Counted from the stretch's first letter, positions 16,032 to 25,052 are shown. The stretch is 34,214 bases of DNA from Methanobacteriota archaeon (GCA_028679495.1 JAJRBK010000018.1:1-34214); one strand, 5' to 3'. A program made the numbers and translations. Notes: generated by a model from the letters alone, not told the origin.

Positions 16032-16442
16032 ATGCGAAAATATGAGTTTCTTGAGCATACAGCAGACGTGGCCTTCAGGGCGTATGGAAACAACGTAGGA
16101 GAACTGTTTGAGCACGCTGCTGAGGCGCTTGAAAGTATCATGATTTGCCTTGACGACGTAGCTTGCGAAGACTCTCGTGTAATCACGTTAACCTCAGACA
16201 CGTACGAGGATTTGCTGTACGACTGGCTTTCAGAGCTTCTTGTTATCTTTGAAGTCGATTTATTCGCCGTTCGGAGTTGCAGAGTAACAACCACCGGTTT
16301 CTCGCTGCATGCAGAATGCCTTGGCGCTAAAATCGATCCAAGCAAACATCGGCTGAAGGAGGAGGTAAAAGCAGTCACCTATCATGAGCTTAAAGTGACA
16401 AAGAACGCGTATTTCCAAGCGCAGGTGACACTTGATGTTTAG
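16032..16442 (+). CDS. archease (RtcB activator)
   Basis: MRKYEFLEHTADVAFRAYG N-terminal signature and KAVTYHEL near the C-terminus. 136 aa. It lies directly upstream of rtcB. Confidence 0.85.
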   Translation: MRKYEFLEHTADVAFRAYGNNVGELFEHAAEALESIMICLDDVACEDSRVITLTSDTYEDLLYDWLSELLVIFEVDLFAVRSCRVTTTGFSLHAECLGAKIDPSKHRLKEEVKAVTYHELKVTKNAYFQAQVTLDV

Positions 16443-16450
16443 GAGATTAA

Positions 16451-17863
16451 ATGATAAATGAAAGGCTCGTAAGAAAAGATGATTACACCTGGGAGATAGC
16501 AAAAGACGAGACACTGGGCATGCGTGTCCCAGGTCGCATCTTCCTCTCTGACGCCCTCATGAGGTTCCTCGAACCAGCAGCGATACAACAAGTAGCTAAC
16601 GTTGCAACGCTTCCTGGCATCGTAAAGTGGTCGCTCGCAATGCCTGACGTGCACACTGGGTACGGATTTCCTATCGGCGGCGTTGCTGCTTTTGACGCGA
16701 CAGAAGGCATCGTATCACCAGGAGGGGTGGGATTTGATATCAACTGCGGAACTCGTCTCCTAGCTACAACACTAACCAAGGAAGAGATAGAACAAGAGAT
16801 TCAAACCCTAACGACAAAGCTGTACGAATCCGTTCCTGCAGGACTTGGATCAAAAGGAAGTCTTCGATTCTCTGAAAAAGAGCTTGACCAGGTGTTCCTC
16901 CGTGGCGCAAAGTGGGCTGTGGATAGCGGTTACGGAGATGCTGGCGATTTAAAACACTGTGAAAGCAATGGTTGTTTCGACGGTGCTGATGTCTCGAACG
17001 TAAGTCCGCTAGCTAAAAAGAGGGGGATGCCTCAGCTCGGGAGCCTAGGAAGTGGCAACCATTTCCTTGAAATTCAATTCGTCGATCAAATATATGAAGA
17101 GAGGGAGGCTAGCGTATTTGGCTTACGGCCAGGCCAAGTATGCATCATGTTACATTCAGGCTCTCGAGGAGCGGGCCATCAAATCTGCACGGATTATCTG
17201 AAGCTGTTCCAAAAGGCGAGTCAAAAATACGCTATAAGACTCCCAGATAGGCAACTCGCTTGTGTTCCAGCTGATTCACGTGATGGAAGATCTTACTTTA
17301 GCGCTATGGCCGCAGCGGCAAACTATGCTTGGGCAAATAGGCAAATTATGTCGTATCGAGTGCGTGATGTCATCGAGCGTGAGTTTAGCACGGGCGCTGG
17401 TCTCGTTTACGACGTTGCACATAATATCGCGAAGTTAGAAACACACCATATCGATGGTGAACGGAAGGAAGTCTACGTTCACCGCAAAGGAGCCACGCGT
17501 GCGTTTGAGAAGGATGAAAGCTATGGGGTTGCACAGCCTGTGCTCATTCCTGGAAGTATGGGAACTGCTTCCTACGTTTTATGTGGCACAACGAAGGCGA
17601 TGCAGACTACGTTCGGTTCAACGTGTCATGGAGCGGGACGAGTAATGAGCCGAAAGGCTGCAAAACGCCAGTTGACGTGGAAAGGTGTCACTGAAAGTTT
17701 GCGTCAAAAACACATCACTCTCAAGACGGATGACCTCTCCGCGGTTCCTGAAGAGGCCCCTGAGGCGTACAAGCCAATAGACGAGGTAATAAGCGTAGTG
17801 TCTGCGCTTGGCATTTCTAAAGTTGTTGCTCGTCTTGTTCCTATGGGGGTCATCAAGGGGTAG
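16451..17863 (+). CDS. rtcB: RNA 3'-phosphate ligase RtcB (tRNA-splicing ligase)
   Basis: PDVHTGYGFPIGGV, GFDINCG, GSGNHFLE, HSGSRGAGHQ, CHGAGR and PIDEV motifs. Confidence 0.95.
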   Translation: MINERLVRKDDYTWEIAKDETLGMRVPGRIFLSDALMRFLEPAAIQQVANVATLPGIVKWSLAMPDVHTGYGFPIGGVAAFDATEGIVSPGGVGFDINCGTRLLATTLTKEEIEQEIQTLTTKLYESVPAGLGSKGSLRFSEKELDQVFLRGAKWAVDSGYGDAGDLKHCESNGCFDGADVSNVSPLAKKRGMPQLGSLGSGNHFLEIQFVDQIYEEREASVFGLRPGQVCIMLHSGSRGAGHQICTDYLKLFQKASQKYAIRLPDRQLACVPADSRDGRSYFSAMAAAANYAWANRQIMSYRVRDVIEREFSTGAGLVYDVAHNIAKLETHHIDGERKEVYVHRKGATRAFEKDESYGVAQPVLIPGSMGTASYVLCGTTKAMQTTFGSTCHGAGRVMSRKAAKRQLTWKGVTESLRQKHITLKTDDLSAVPEEAPEAYKPIDEVISVVSALGISKVVARLVPMGVIKG

Positions 17864-17943
17864 CGCTTGCGGTTGTTGCCTAAAATTCAGCGCTCAGGAT
17901 CCAGTAATCATGCTCTCCTGCCACGGTAAAGCATCAACGATAA

Positions 17944-17950
17944 TTTTATA
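17944..17950 (+). promoter_or_regulatory. TATA box (TTTTATA) for the SRP RNA gene
   Basis: Centre lies ~27 nt upstream of the predicted 5' end at ~17975. Confidence 0.5.
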
Positions 17951-17974
17951 GAGGATCGCCACCGTACTTAAGCT

Positions 17975-18290
17975 GAGTGGGCTAGCTCGGATGGTTCGGC
18001 GTCATCTGTAGCCCAAAAACGCCGACACGTGGGGAGCGAAGCAGAGAGAAGGCATTTTGATAGTTTGATCATCTTGCATTTCAGACGATGAGATTCCGTC
18101 CTTCGGGGTTAGCGGCTTTATGCTATTAATTGGAGAATTAATGGTATATCCTTGCCGTGAGCACCGGTTCAGGCCCGGAAGGGAGCAAACCTATCGCGGA
18201 CGTATGACGCTCGAAGGGGTGCGGGATGGAGAATGAACTGCGAGCTCTGGCAAGCGCTCATATGTCGACTTTTCTGCGAGCCCACACTCC
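17975..18290 (+). ncRNA. signal recognition particle RNA (archaeal 7S RNA), ends approximate
   Basis: The 5' GTGGGCT pairs with the 3' AGCCCAC. Alu-domain-like GGTTCGGCGTC...GCCGAC. Helix 6 hairpin GCTATTAATT-GGAG-AATTAATGGT with a GNAR tetraloop. Helix 8 signature GGTTCAGGCCCGGAAGGGAGCAAACC. Length is ~315 nt. Confidence 0.8.
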
Positions 18291-18293
18291 ATA

Positions 18294-18380
18294 GTTGGGG
18301 TAGCCAAGCTTGGTCTACGGCGCTGGTTTGCTAAACCAGTGTCCCTTCGGGACTCGTGGGTTCAAATCCCACCCCCAGCG
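18294..18380 (+). tRNA. tRNA-Ser (anticodon GCU), class II
   Basis: Acceptor GTTGGGG/CCCCAGC (one G-U), anticodon arm CTGGT-TTGCTAA-ACCAG, long variable arm GTCCCTTCGGGAC, T-arm GTGGGTTCAAATCCCAC, discriminator G. Confidence 0.85.
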
Positions 18381-18452
18381 CTTCTCTGCGATTGACACGC
18401 CAAAAACGGTGCGCTGTTCGAGGGTTTGCCAGTTATAATCACGTGTGCCTAG

Positions 18453-18460
18453 TTATAAAT
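18453..18460 (+). promoter_or_regulatory. TATA box (TTATAAAT) for the S13 operon; a second copy of AGTTATAA lies 20 nt upstream (18431-18438)
   Basis: Followed by SD-like GAGAGGT (18488-18494) and the GTG start at 18501. Confidence 0.45.
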
Positions 18461-18500
18461 ACAATGATAGGTTAAAAAGCCACATACGAGAGGTATTAAT

Positions 18501-18971
18501 GTGCCTACCGCTGAAAAGGGACGAGAAGACGACGAAATCAAGTATATTGTAAGGATCGCGCAGACTGATTTAGATGGCAAGAAAGCCACCCAGTATGCGC
18601 TCACTGGATTAAAAGGAGTCGGGATTAGGACAGCACGTATTTTAGCTCGATCTGCAGGTGTTGACCCCACTTCTACCATGGGCTACCTAAATGACGAGCA
18701 GATAGAAGGCCTGCGCGAATCGGTTGCTCAATTCACTAGCAACGTTCCACCATGGATGTTCAACCACAAGAAGAGCTTTGCCACCGGACAGGATGAGCAC
18801 CTGCTCGGATCGCAGGTAGAGTTGGCCCTCCGAGAAGACCTCAACCGAATGAAAAAGACACGAAGCTACAAAGGTATCCGACACGAGAGAGGACATAAAG
18901 TCCGAGGCCAGAGAACTAAATCGACCGGGCGGCGGGGAGCAACTGTCGGCGTGCAACGAAAGAAAAGGTAA
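18501..18971 (+). CDS. rps13: 30S ribosomal protein S13 (uS13)
   Basis: KYIVRIAQTDLDG.K....LTGLKGVGIRTA and C-terminal RGQRTKSTGRRG motifs. GTG start. Confidence 0.9.
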   Translation: MPTAEKGREDDEIKYIVRIAQTDLDGKKATQYALTGLKGVGIRTARILARSAGVDPTSTMGYLNDEQIEGLRESVAQFTSNVPPWMFNHKKSFATGQDEHLLGSQVELALREDLNRMKKTRSYKGIRHERGHKVRGQRTKSTGRRGATVGVQRKKR

Positions 18972-18989
18972 AGGAAAAAGGTGTGAAAT

Positions 18990-19529
18990 ATGGGATACCC
19001 TGGCAAAAGTAGAAAGACGTTTGATACGCCGAGTCACCCATGGCAGGGAGCAAGGATCAGCGAGGAGGCTGAGCTCGTGAAGAAGTACGGCTTGAAGAAT
19101 AAACGGGAGATCTGGAAGGCCGCTACGACTCTGAGAAAGTATCGACGCGAGGCACGAAAGCTCCTTTTCGATAGCCAAGAGATCGGTGAGCGCGGCGAAC
19201 ACGCGAAGTACGAATCAGAGAAGTTTCTGAATCGTCTAAAACGGATAGGTCTTATTGGTTATGACTCGACGCTCGACGATATACTCACGCTTGGAATTGA
19301 GGACTTGATGGATAGACGACTGCAAACCCAGGTGCAAAAGCGAGGTTTCGCCAACTCGATGCGGCATGCGCGTCAATTGATCGTACACGGGCATATCGCT
19401 GTAAATGGCAGGAGAATAACCATTCCAAGCTATGTTCTCCCTACAAGCGAGCAAGAGCTCGTTGACTTCTATGAAGGATCAGCGCTTCGCGAAATTGCTG
19501 GAGAAAAGCAAGTGAGCGCTGGAGAGTGA
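18990..19529 (+). CDS. rps4: 30S ribosomal protein S4 (uS4)
   Basis: MGYPGKSRKTFDTPSHPW N-terminus. S4 RNA-binding domain RRLQTQV...ARQLIVHGHIAVNGRR. Confidence 0.9.
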   Translation: MGYPGKSRKTFDTPSHPWQGARISEEAELVKKYGLKNKREIWKAATTLRKYRREARKLLFDSQEIGERGEHAKYESEKFLNRLKRIGLIGYDSTLDDILTLGIEDLMDRRLQTQVQKRGFANSMRHARQLIVHGHIAVNGRRITIPSYVLPTSEQELVDFYEGSALREIAGEKQVSAGE

Positions 19530-19535
19530 GCTAGT

Positions 19536-19925
19536 ATGGCCGATAAACGATGGGGAGTTGCACATATTTTTGCGTCTTTCAATAACACTATAATCACTAT
19601 CACAGACTTGAGCGGTGCAGAGACCGTGGCAAAATCATCGGGCGGCATGGTGGTCAAGCAGGACCGCAACGAGAGCTCTCCGTACGCCGCTATGCAGCTC
19701 GCTACAAGCGCAGCTGAACAAGCGTTGGATAAAGGTGTGATTGGTGTCCATGTCAAGGTGAGAGCACCAGGCGGGAACGGGCAGCGAAGCCCAGGTCCTG
19801 GAGCACAAGCTGCGATCAGGGCACTTTCACGAGCAGGTTTAAAAATAGGAAGAATAGAGGATGTAACTCCGATTCCTCACGACGGTACGCGATCGCCTGG
19901 CGGGCGACGAGGCCGGAGGATCTAA
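19536..19925 (+). CDS. rps11: 30S ribosomal protein S11 (uS11)
   Basis: [19 protein letters not shown]...SPYAAMQ...[11 protein letters not shown]...[19 protein letters not shown]. Confidence 0.9.
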   Translation: MADKRWGVAHIFASFNNTIITITDLSGAETVAKSSGGMVVKQDRNESSPYAAMQLATSAAEQALDKGVIGVHVKVRAPGGNGQRSPGPGAQAAIRALSRAGLKIGRIEDVTPIPHDGTRSPGGRRGRRI

Positions 19926-19939
19926 AGTTTTGGTACAAT

Positions 19940-20725
19940 ATGGATCTTGAATTTTTAGAACTGACAGACAGACAAGTTCGCTTTATCATTTCTGAAACGA
20001 CACCAGCGTTTGTTAATAGCATGCGACGCAGCATGATAGCAGACGTTGAATCAATGTCGATCGATGAAGTGAACTTCTATAATAACACTTCTGTGCTCTT
20101 CGATGAGATGTTGGCGCTTCGGCTAGGGCTGCTACCGTTAACAGGTGGCGGGAACTATGTTCCTGCTTCATCTTGTTCGTGCAACGGCGAAGGGTGCTTT
20201 CAGTGTCAAGTCTCCTTGACCTTAAACGTTAAGGGACCTGTGACAGTTTATTCACGTGATTTGGCTTCATCTGATCCAGAGGTAATTCCGGCGGACGGCG
20301 ATATCCCAATAATAAAACTCTTTAAGGATCAAGAGTTAATGCTCGAGGCTATCGCACGAAAGGGAAGCGCTAAAGATCATACAAAGTTTCAATCGGCTAT
20401 TGCTGCGAGTTACAAGCACTTACCCAAGTTCTCAGTTAAAGACTGCAATGGATGCAAAGAATGCGTCGAAGCGTGCCCTAAGCAGATAATAAAGGACGAG
20501 GGCGGTGTAGTGCGTTTAACAGACGAGCTTCAATGCACGTTATGCAGCCTATGTGTAGAGGCTTGTGAGTCGGGCGCTCTTAGTGTAACCGGTGACCCCC
20601 ATTCCTTCGTATTTTACGCAGAGTCCGATGGATCAATGAGCTGTAAGTATCTTCTAACAGCATCAGTCGAATCTATGAGTAAGAGAGCTAACGAGTTGGC
20701 TAATTTTGTCGAAACGTTTGCATAG
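19940..20725 (+). CDS. rpoD: DNA-directed RNA polymerase subunit D (Rpo3) with a ferredoxin-like domain carrying two complete 4-Cys motifs
   Basis: Position follows S11 as in the conserved archaeal operon. FVNSMRRSMIADVES matches the ANALRR-like block. Motifs CNGCKECVEACP and CTLCSLCVEACE. Confidence 0.9.
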   Translation: MDLEFLELTDRQVRFIISETTPAFVNSMRRSMIADVESMSIDEVNFYNNTSVLFDEMLALRLGLLPLTGGGNYVPASSCSCNGEGCFQCQVSLTLNVKGPVTVYSRDLASSDPEVIPADGDIPIIKLFKDQELMLEAIARKGSAKDHTKFQSAIAASYKHLPKFSVKDCNGCKECVEACPKQIIKDEGGVVRLTDELQCTLCSLCVEACESGALSVTGDPHSFVFYAESDGSMSCKYLLTASVESMSKRANELANFVETFA

Positions 20726-20810
20726 GCGGGGGTTGCCAAGCCAGGTCAAAGGCGCTAGGTTGAGGGCCTAGTCTCATAGGAGTTCGTGCGTTCAAATCGC
20801 ACCCCCCGCA
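20726..20810 (+). tRNA. tRNA-Leu (anticodon GAG), class II
   Basis: Acceptor GCGGGGG/CCCCCGC, anticodon arm CTAGG-TTGAGGG-CCTAG, variable arm TCTCATAGGAGTT, T-arm GTGCGTTCAAATCGCAC, discriminator A. It starts at the nucleotide right after the rpoD TAG stop. Confidence 0.85.
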
Positions 20811-20843
20811 TTTTACAATCAGAATGTTCAAAAGGAGATGCGA

Positions 20844-21212
20844 ATGGCAAGGAAAAAAACAGAGAAGACTAATCCAGAGCTGATAGAGCTTATACGCGTA
20901 TTTAGACAATCAGCGCGCGAGCATCAGGCTGCTATATGGAAAGAACTCGCTCGAAGACTGGAAGCACCTTCGAATAACCATGCTGAGGTAAACCTGAGTC
21001 GACTCAATCGATCGACGAGCTCGGATGACGTCGTAGTCGTTCCTGGCAAAGTGCTCGGGACCGGTTCAATTGATCATCCGATTTGCATTGCAGCGCTCAG
21101 TTTTAGCGAAACAGCAAGAGTCAAGATACTTGCTGCGTCAGGAAAGATTGAAACGTTTAGCAAAATGATGGATACCATGCCGAGCGGCAGCAACATAAAG
21201 ATCATACGATGA
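20844..21212 (+). CDS. rpl18e: 50S ribosomal protein L18e (eL18)
   Basis: MARKKTEKTNPELIELIR...VNLSRLNR...VVVPGKVLG is the typical L18e pattern. ATG 20844 is preferred over 20838. Confidence 0.85.
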   Translation: MARKKTEKTNPELIELIRVFRQSAREHQAAIWKELARRLEAPSNNHAEVNLSRLNRSTSSDDVVVVPGKVLGTGSIDHPICIAALSFSETARVKILAASGKIETFSKMMDTMPSGSNIKIIR

Positions 21213-21220
21213 GGGGGTAT

Positions 21221-21658
21221 ATGACAGTCATCGATGCTACCGGGTTAGTAGTAGGGCGTCTAGCGAGCACCGTTGCTCACAGACTATTATTAGGCGAAGA
21301 GATTAGCATTATAAACGCAGAAAAGGCGATCGTCTCAGGATTGCCGGAGACTTCACTATCCAAGTATCAAGTGATGAGATCAAAAGGCTCGAAAGAAAAG
21401 GGCCCGTATTACCCAAAACGAGCAGACATGATTTTACGACGAACGATTAGAGGCATGCTGCCTTACAAAAAGGCAAGAGGCAGAGCGGCTTTAGCAAAGC
21501 TGCGTGTGTATATGGGAGTGCCCACTCAGTTTTCCGATGCTGAAGCTGAGACACTGGAACACGCCCATAAATCTCGATTGAGCACCATCAAAATGATCGA
21601 GTTACGAAAGATTGCCCAACAACTTGGAGCAAAGGAGCGGGGGAACATCGATGGTTAA
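21221..21658 (+). CDS. rpl13: 50S ribosomal protein L13 (uL13)
   Basis: [16 protein letters not shown]...[15 protein letters not shown] 21221 is preceded by GAGGGGG and is preferred over 21209. Confidence 0.9.
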   Translation: MTVIDATGLVVGRLASTVAHRLLLGEEISIINAEKAIVSGLPETSLSKYQVMRSKGSKEKGPYYPKRADMILRRTIRGMLPYKKARGRAALAKLRVYMGVPTQFSDAEAETLEHAHKSRLSTIKMIELRKIAQQLGAKERGNIDG

Positions 21659-22052
21659 AACGATCAATTCAAGCGGCAAACGTAAAACCTCGATTGCACG
21701 AGCAACCTTCAAAGAGGGAAAAGGAAGTGTGAGAATCAATAAGAGGCTCCTTAATGTGGTTGAACCAGCGCTTGTCAGGGAAAAGATCCAAGAGCCATTG
21801 GACCTCGCCGGCGACGTAGCACACCAACTCGACATAGCGGTCAATGTTCGTGGTGGTGGTATGATGGGGCAGGCTGATGCAGCGCGAACGGCGATTGCCC
21901 GCGGGTTAATCGACTGGACAAATAGTCTAGACATGAAAGATCTGTTTCTCAAGTACGACCGGACCCTCCTAGTAAATGACTATAGACAAAAAGAGCCCAA
22001 AAAATTTGGCGGGAGAGGCGCACGAGCGCGGCGGCAAAAATCTTATCGATAA
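21651..22052 (+). CDS. rps9: 30S ribosomal protein S9 (uS9)
   Basis: [19 protein letters not shown]...GGG..GQA.A.R.AIARGL...[19 protein letters not shown] 21651 overlaps the L13 stop. The track's upstream extension is considered spurious. Confidence 0.9.
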   Translation: MVKTINSSGKRKTSIARATFKEGKGSVRINKRLLNVVEPALVREKIQEPLDLAGDVAHQLDIAVNVRGGGMMGQADAARTAIARGLIDWTNSLDMKDLFLKYDRTLLVNDYRQKEPKKFGGRGARARRQKSYR

Positions 22053-22067
22053 TTCCCAGGATACAAG

Positions 22068-22256
22068 ATGATACCAGTCAGATGTTTCACTTGCGGGGCA
22101 GTCATTTCGAAGCACTGGGACGAGTACAAAGAGCGAACAAGCTCGGGGGAGAACCCAAAAACAGTGCTTGATGACTTAGGCATCCGGCGGTACTGCTGCC
22201 GTAGGATGCTGCTGACACATAAAGAGCTTGTTGATATTTTTGCTCCCTATCAATGA
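22068..22256 (+). CDS. rpoN: DNA-directed RNA polymerase subunit N (Rpo10)
   Basis: MIPVRCFTCG...YCCRRM zinc-binding signature. 62 aa. Confidence 0.9.
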   Translation: MIPVRCFTCGAVISKHWDEYKERTSSGENPKTVLDDLGIRRYCCRRMLLTHKELVDIFAPYQ

Positions 22257-22259
22257 TAA

Positions 22260-22333
22260 GGGGTTGTGGGGTAGCCTGGATATCCTACGGCGTTCGGGAC
22301 GCCGTAACCTGAGTTCGAATCTCAGCAACCCCA
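22260..22333 (+). tRNA. tRNA-Pro (anticodon CGG)
   Basis: Acceptor GGGGTTG/CAACCCC, anticodon arm CGGCG-TTCGGGA-CGCCG, T-arm CTGAGTTCGAATCTCAG, discriminator A. A TATA-like GATATTTTT sits inside the rpoN 3' end, ~26 nt upstream. Confidence 0.85.
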
Positions 22334-22360
22334 TATAGGCCCGCAAAAGGAGGAAAGTCG

Positions 22361-22552
22361 TTGAAAGAAACTACTAAAGAGCTTACTCGTTATGAGAGGG
22401 CCAGAATTGTCGGTGCGCGAGCTCTACAAATTTCGATGGGTGCACCGACCCTTATTGAGTCTAACACCACAGATCCGATAGACATAGCATTAGAAGAGCT
22501 GCATAAGGGGATTATTCCGATAACCATAAAACGACGAGGATTGCCTAAATGA
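22361..22552 (+). CDS. rpoK: DNA-directed RNA polymerase subunit K (Rpo6)
   Basis: [22 protein letters not shown] signature. TTG start. 63 aa. Confidence 0.85.
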   Translation: MKETTKELTRYERARIVGARALQISMGAPTLIESNTTDPIDIALEELHKGIIPITIKRRGLPK

Positions 22553-23634
22553 ATGCGATCGAGGCTGTATCAGTCACAACAATGCTTGACGCAAAAGGAG
22601 GTGACGCGGTAGAAACTGAGGTAGTTACTACCAGCGGTTACGGCCGCTGTTCATTTCCTGCTCCAAGGGATGCAACCAAAAGTGCGAGAGAAGAGATAGG
22701 AACACTAATCGGTCGAGACGCAAATCAGCAGGCAGATATTGATGACGCGCTCCAAGATGTCTTCGCTCTGCCAAGCATAAGTATGGTCTTCTCAGTCGCG
22801 ATTGCCAACGCAGCAGCTGCGTCGCTTGAGATGCCGTTATACCGTTATTTAGGGGGCCTCTTTGCAAACGCTATGCCGTGCCCTCTCTTGAACATTTTTG
22901 CCGCAGCTGCTGATTATCTTGTAGTCCCCGTAGGTGCAAGTTCGTTTTCTGCAGGGATCGCCTCATCAGTAAGCATCTACCGAGAGTTCAGTAAGTTAAA
23001 TATGCCAAGAGGAGTAAGCGACGCGGATGTCTTAAGCCGCTTGACGTCGATCGTTCAAGCTGTAGGCGATAACTTTGGGTTCGACATTAAATTGGGGGTT
23101 GATTTTGCATCCACCCAGTACACGCCACGCTATTACAACGAGGCTCAGTCGGGCGGCGTGAACAGGAATTGGTTAAGGCACGTATTCGATTTAGTCGATC
23201 GGTACGACCTCTACTACGTCCAAATCCCATTCATCGAGGCTGACCAAAGCTACTTGGCGCAGCTTCGTGACACGTTGCATACGAGATGTCTTGTAGCGTG
23301 TAGCTCGCCACGCGACAACACCTTGGCCGATGCCAAAGAGCAGAATGCTGGTGAAGGTGTTGACGTAGCGCTGATCGCCCCTACAAAGACGATCTCAAAC
23401 GTTTTTAGACTGTTCACAGATGCACAAGGTCATGCTCTCAGCTGTGTAATGTTGACGCATAATTCGACGACGTGTGAGATTTCACCGTCTCACCTAGCTG
23501 TCGCCCTATCAACCCCCTTCATCAAGCTTGGCGTGAAGGGCAGCGAAAATACGTCAAAAATAAACGAACTTCTTCGAATCGAGCAGGAGCTCTATGAAGG
23601 ATCAAACTCCAGAATGGTGAAAAAACCGAGTTAA
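22549..23634 (+). CDS. enolase-family protein, short (361 aa) and divergent, probably not a functional enolase
   Basis: It occupies the conserved rpoK-eno-rps2 slot. Homology blocks: [30 protein letters not shown]...[17 protein letters not shown]. Canonical SGASTG, GDEGG, SIEDP, GDD, LLKxNQIG and SHRSGETED motifs are missing or substituted (see findings). Confidence 0.75.
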   Translation: MNAIEAVSVTTMLDAKGGDAVETEVVTTSGYGRCSFPAPRDATKSAREEIGTLIGRDANQQADIDDALQDVFALPSISMVFSVAIANAAAASLEMPLYRYLGGLFANAMPCPLLNIFAAAADYLVVPVGASSFSAGIASSVSIYREFSKLNMPRGVSDADVLSRLTSIVQAVGDNFGFDIKLGVDFASTQYTPRYYNEAQSGGVNRNWLRHVFDLVDRYDLYYVQIPFIEADQSYLAQLRDTLHTRCLVACSSPRDNTLADAKEQNAGEGVDVALIAPTKTISNVFRLFTDAQGHALSCVMLTHNSTTCEISPSHLAVALSTPFIKLGVKGSENTSKINELLRIEQELYEGSNSRMVKKPS

Positions 23635-23645
23635 GAGGTGAATTA

Positions 23646-24242
23646 ATGGAAGAGTCCACAGAATACGAATCACTTATACCTATAGATGAATACCTCGCAG
23701 CGGGCGTGCACATAGGAACCCAACAGAAAACCGAGGACATGAAGCGTTTCATCTACCGCGTTAGAGCAGATGGGCTCTACGTGCTTGATGTGAAAGCCAC
23801 CGACGAGCGGGTCAAAATTGCCGCTAAGTTTTTAAGCAAGTTTGACCCGACGCGAACCCTTGTAGTATCAGCGCGACAATATGGTCAATTCCCGGCAACA
23901 ATGTTTGCAAAGGTCATAGGAGCAAAATCGCTCGTCGGGCGTTTTATACCCGGCACCCTGACAAATCCGGAATATAGAGACTTTGTGGAGCCTGATGTGG
24001 TTGTTGTCACCGATCCTATAGGAGACGCACAGGCGGTAAAGGAAGCGGTAGATGTGGGGGTCCCGGTAATTGCCATGTGTGATACCAACAACATGACGAT
24101 GCACATTGATATCGTGATCCCAACGAACAATAAAGGCCGAAGAGCTTTAGCACTTATCTACTGGCTGCTTGCTAAGGAGATCGCGAAGCTCCGTGAGCGA
24201 CAGTTCGAGTATACAGTTAACGATTTTGAAATCGAGATATAG
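23646..24242 (+). CDS. rps2: 30S ribosomal protein S2 (uS2)
   Basis: [28 protein letters not shown] and VVVTDP..D.QAV.EA...G.PVIA.CDTN motifs. Confidence 0.9.
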   Translation: MEESTEYESLIPIDEYLAAGVHIGTQQKTEDMKRFIYRVRADGLYVLDVKATDERVKIAAKFLSKFDPTRTLVVSARQYGQFPATMFAKVIGAKSLVGRFIPGTLTNPEYRDFVEPDVVVVTDPIGDAQAVKEAVDVGVPVIAMCDTNNMTMHIDIVIPTNNKGRRALALIYWLLAKEIAKLRERQFEYTVNDFEIEI

Positions 24243-24250
24243 GAAGGGAT

Positions 24251-25012
24251 TTGATGAGAGAACCTGCAAAAGCAGGCTCATGGTATCCGAGTGACGCGCG
24301 CGCGCTAAGAGCGCTCCTACAGAGCTTTGTTGCGAGGGTGCCACAGCGCGATTTTAAAGCTGCCATTGTGCCCCACGCAGGATATGCGTGCTCAGGCCTT
24401 ACTGCAGGCAAAGTTTATTCGATGCTCCCCAAAGTAAATACTTACGTGATCGTTGGTCCGAATCACTATTATCCCATAGTCTCGGTATCAGATGAACCGT
24501 GGCGTACTCCTCTTGGAAAGGTTGATGTAAACACTGCTATTATCGAAAAGCTTGACATTGACGTGAACAATAAAGCAAACAAAGAGGATAACGCAATAGA
24601 ACTCCAAGTGCCTTTCTTGCAATACTTATTTGATGACTTCACAATAGTTCCTATCACGATGGGACTACAAGGCCCTGAATCGATATCACAAGTCTCTGAC
24701 ACTCTTCAGCATGTAGCCGATGAAGATTTCATATTGATTGCATCCAGTGACTTTACCCACTACGAGCCGGATCAAGTCGCCCGACAGAAGGACCGTTGGG
24801 TAATGGAGCCCATTTTAAAACTAGATGCATCGGAGTTCCTGAAGCGGTCGCGTTCAACCTCGGTATGCGGTTTTGGTCCCATCGCTGTTGCTATGGAATT
24901 TGCCAAGTATAGGGGTGCAGAGCAAGGGGAGCTTGTCAATTATTCGACGAGTGCTGAAACCTGTGGCGATCCGATGGCAGTTGTAGGATATGCGGGCGTT
25001 ATCATGGCCTAA
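24251..25012 (+). CDS. MEMO1-family protein (AmmeMemoRadiSam system protein B family)
   Basis: REPAKAGSWYPSD, IVPHAGYACSG and SSDFTHY motifs. 253 aa. Confidence 0.8.
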   Translation: MMREPAKAGSWYPSDARALRALLQSFVARVPQRDFKAAIVPHAGYACSGLTAGKVYSMLPKVNTYVIVGPNHYYPIVSVSDEPWRTPLGKVDVNTAIIEKLDIDVNNKANKEDNAIELQVPFLQYLFDDFTIVPITMGLQGPESISQVSDTLQHVADEDFILIASSDFTHYEPDQVARQKDRWVMEPILKLDASEFLKRSRSTSVCGFGPIAVAMEFAKYRGAEQGELVNYSTSAETCGDPMAVVGYAGVIMA

Positions 25013-25052
25013 TCAGAGCGTCAAGGGTCAAGTCACAGCAACTATACATCAA

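Noticed and set aside
24990-25052. N-terminally extended starts proposed by the ORF track for mvk (24990). The same applies to ipk (25951), the GGPPS gene (29141), S9 (21612), L13 (21209) and L18e (20838).
   Set aside because: The extensions overlap the preceding genes and add residues not found at the N-termini of these families. Internal ATGs align with the conserved N-termini and often have SD-like GGAG/GAGG upstream.
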